NCBI GenBank assembly: GCA_964523705.1
Contig: CAZFYA010000002.1
Span: 113,114-166,730 of the forward strand
Direction of reading: 5' to 3'
Length of the DNA stretch: 53,617 nt
From: an uncultured Gammaproteobacteria bacterium
Lineage (GTDB): Bacteria > Patescibacteriota > Microgenomatia > Levybacterales > UBA12049
In this document: positions 51,635-53,617 of the stretch, in pieces
How the letters are laid out: every line of letters starts with the position of its first letter
Position numbering within the stretch: position 1 is the stretch's first letter
The notes under the pieces: model-generated
Seen by the model: the letters and a program-made list of their open reading frames with translations, nothing else
Database searches by the model: none
What the model was told of the DNA's origin: nothing
Made by a program: the position numbers and the translations under genes

Positions 51635-51824
51635 GTAGAGCTTTGCTTATTTTTTTATAATTTTATAAAACTTAAGTATTAATTTTAAATTCAATATAGA
51701 ATGTTTTAATACGAATAAAAAATTTTTATTATCAAAGTTCAGTATTTATCTTGAAAATGAAAGAAATAAAAGTATTGCAAAATTAAAAAAAATAATTATA
51801 ATCTTGTAATTATTGTTTTTAGCT

Positions 51825-52574
51825 ATGATTGAACAATTTTTTAATAAACCATGCACCGAAAGACCTTTGCAATCGGAATCTTTATCTGCTTTAACACTAA
51901 AGATACCAAAAACAAACGAAGTATTAATATTTACAAGTGATAGCGAAAATAAAAAACAAGCTATACTTAATCTCCCCTATAGAAAAGTAGAGCAGTTCCC
52001 GTTTTTAATGGATATATTCAGTTTTGTTGCTGGAGAAATAAATGCTGTAAAAAAATGGCTTAATATACCTGAAGAAGAAATTAAGCCATCAGTTATTAGG
52101 ATACTTAAAAAAACCGATTATGATAATTATGTTGATGATAACTCAGAGGGTAAATATCTTACAGAATTAAACTTGGCTTTTGTAAGATATTCATCAATCA
52201 GGCTTACTGATCAGTTTAAAATGGGATATGTTATGACTCACGAAATGTATCATGCTGCAATGAATGGAGGAATTATTCAAGCTACCAAACTAGCAACGCA
52301 ATTAGATGAAGGATTAGTGGAATTATTGACCACTGAAACAATCGGAAGATATCTTTTTGCTACTTTTAATCCTGAAGCTAAAGAATATTGGCAATTAAGA
52401 AAATTATTGGAAGAAATAAAAGACACTAATGCCTATAGAAATGAATATAAAAAGGCTTTAAAAATGCAAACTAACTTTGATAAATTTAAAGAATTTTTAA
52501 CTGCTGCTATGGAAGGAAAATCTGAAAGAGCAATCGAACTATATCTTAAAAGAAGAACTAAAAAAAATAATTAA
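51825..52574 (+). CDS. Orphan putative zinc metallopeptidase (gluzincin-like)
   Basis: VMTHEMYHA followed about 18 aa later by LDEGLVE; own promoter TTGCAA-16bp-TATAAT. Confidence 0.6.
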   Translation: MIEQFFNKPCTERPLQSESLSALTLKIPKTNEVLIFTSDSENKKQAILNLPYRKVEQFPFLMDIFSFVAGEINAVKKWLNIPEEEIKPSVIRILKKTDYDNYVDDNSEGKYLTELNLAFVRYSSIRLTDQFKMGYVMTHEMYHAAMNGGIIQATKLATQLDEGLVELLTTETIGRYLFATFNPEAKEYWQLRKLLEEIKDTNAYRNEYKKALKMQTNFDKFKEFLTAAMEGKSERAIELYLKRRTKKNN

Positions 52575-53617
52575 TTTCCTACTTTAAACTCAATAACTTC
52601 TCCATCTCTTACAATATAGTCTTTCCCTTCAAATCTTGTTTTTCCATTTTCCCTTGTCTTTTTCCAACCTCTATTTTCAATAAAGTCACTAATGCTAATA
52701 ACCTCTGCTTTTATAAAGCCTTTAATAAAATCCGTATGAATTACTCCTGCTGATTTTAGGGCATTTGTTCCTCTTTTTATGGTCCAGGCCCTAACCTCTT
52801 TTTCCCCAGCTGTAAGAAAGGAGATTAAATCTAAAATTTGATAACCTTTTTTAATAATTCGCTCCAGTCCTGATTCAAAAACCCCAAGGTTTTCTAAATA
52901 ATCTTTTTGTTCATCTTCTGATAAGATAACCAGTTCAGATTCCATTTTTGCAGAAATTGCAATTGTATCTTTTGGATATTCTTTTTTAAGTTCTTGCTCG
53001 TCTACGTTTGCAGCATAAAAAATAGGCTTTATAGTTAATAAATGTAAATCTTTAGTTTTCTCTTTCTCGTCTTCTGTTAAATCCGCATCTTTTGCTAAAA
53101 TTCCTAAATTTAAAGCTTTTTCCAGTTTTTCCAGTCCTTGATTAAAAACTTTATCGTCTGTTTTTGTTTTTTTCTTTTTTGAATTCTCAATTGTTTGAAG
53201 ATCAGCTAAGATTAACTCCGTATTAATAATTTTTATGTCTGATTCGGGATTTATTTCTCCACCAACATGTACAATATCAGAGTTTTTAAAATGCCTTACA
53301 ACATGACAAATTGCATCAACTTCTCTAATGTGTGATAAAAACTTATTTCCCAAACCCTCACCAACAGATGCACCTTTTACAAGTCCTGCTATGTCAACAA
53401 AACTAACAGTTGCAGGAACAATTGGAGGCAGTTTGTCCATTTTATGCTCTTCTTTTTCAATTTCCGCTAGCTTTTTAAGTCTAACATCCGGAACAGGAAC
53501 AACACCAACATTTGGCTCAATTGTGGCAAATGGATAATTTGCTACAAAAGCCTGCTGTTTTTTTAAAATTGCATTAAACAACGTAGATTTTCCAACATTT
53601 GGAAGACCGATTATTCC
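52571..53617 (-). CDS. ychF: Ribosome-binding ATPase YchF (5'-truncated by window)
   Basis: [15 protein letters not shown] at the window edge, [27 protein letters not shown]. Confidence 0.96.
   Translation of the reverse strand, partial: GIIGLPNVGKSTLFNAILKKQQAFVANYPFATIEPNVGVVPVPDVRLKKLAEIEKEEHKMDKLPPIVPATVSFVDIAGLVKGASVGEGLGNKFLSHIREVDAICHVVRHFKNSDIVHVGGEINPESDIKIINTELILADLQTIENSKKKKTKTDDKVFNQGLEKLEKALNLGILAKDADLTEDEKEKTKDLHLLTIKPIFYAANVDEQELKKEYPKDTIAISAKMESELVILSEDEQKDYLENLGVFESGLERIIKKGYQILDLISFLTAGEKEVRAWTIKRGTNALKSAGVIHTDFIKGFIKAEVISISDFIENRGWKKTRENGKTRFEGKDYIVRDGEVIEFKVGN

Noticed and set aside
51625-51657. AAGCAA/TTGCTT hairpin flanked by A/T runs as a terminator or S6:S18 leader RNA
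   Set aside because: Weak stem, located between divergent genes and upstream of the predicted rpsF transcription start.

Overview
AT-rich bacterial chromosomal segment using genetic code 11 (TGA is a stop). Gene content and style suggest a Patescibacteria/CPR genome, probably Microgenomates; this is inference from the short HolB and RF1, a monoderm type IV pilus locus without pilP/pilQ, the conserved hypotheticals, the scarcity of Shine-Dalgarno sites and the scattered orphan genes. Contents in order: partial rnc, rpsP-khpA-trmD, a 13-gene type IV pilus operon (minus strand), holB, gyrB-hppA-gyrA-folD, a SIMPL protein, a Xer recombinase, an orphan gene and an ~800 bp non-coding region. These are followed by yebC, rluA, efp, a NIF3-like gene, tRNA-Leu(CAA), a GT2/GT4/DedA module, dnaB, hisS, rpmE-prfA, a CPA2 antiporter, a phospholipase D, murB, htrA, ctpA, rpsF-ssb-rpsR and partial ychF. 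Most notable: (1) a tandem array of dif-like 11-6-11 sites over the xer promoter, with further sites beyond an orphan SH3-like gene and a DnaA-box cluster, at a probable replication terminus; (2) widespread leaderless or near-leaderless sigma70 promoters; (3) an H+-pyrophosphatase inserted between gyrB and gyrA; (4) two small ORFs missing from the ORF track; (5) a non-canonical EF-P loop and a GyrA with Ile at the Ser83-equivalent position. All calls come from reading motifs by eye; no searches were run.
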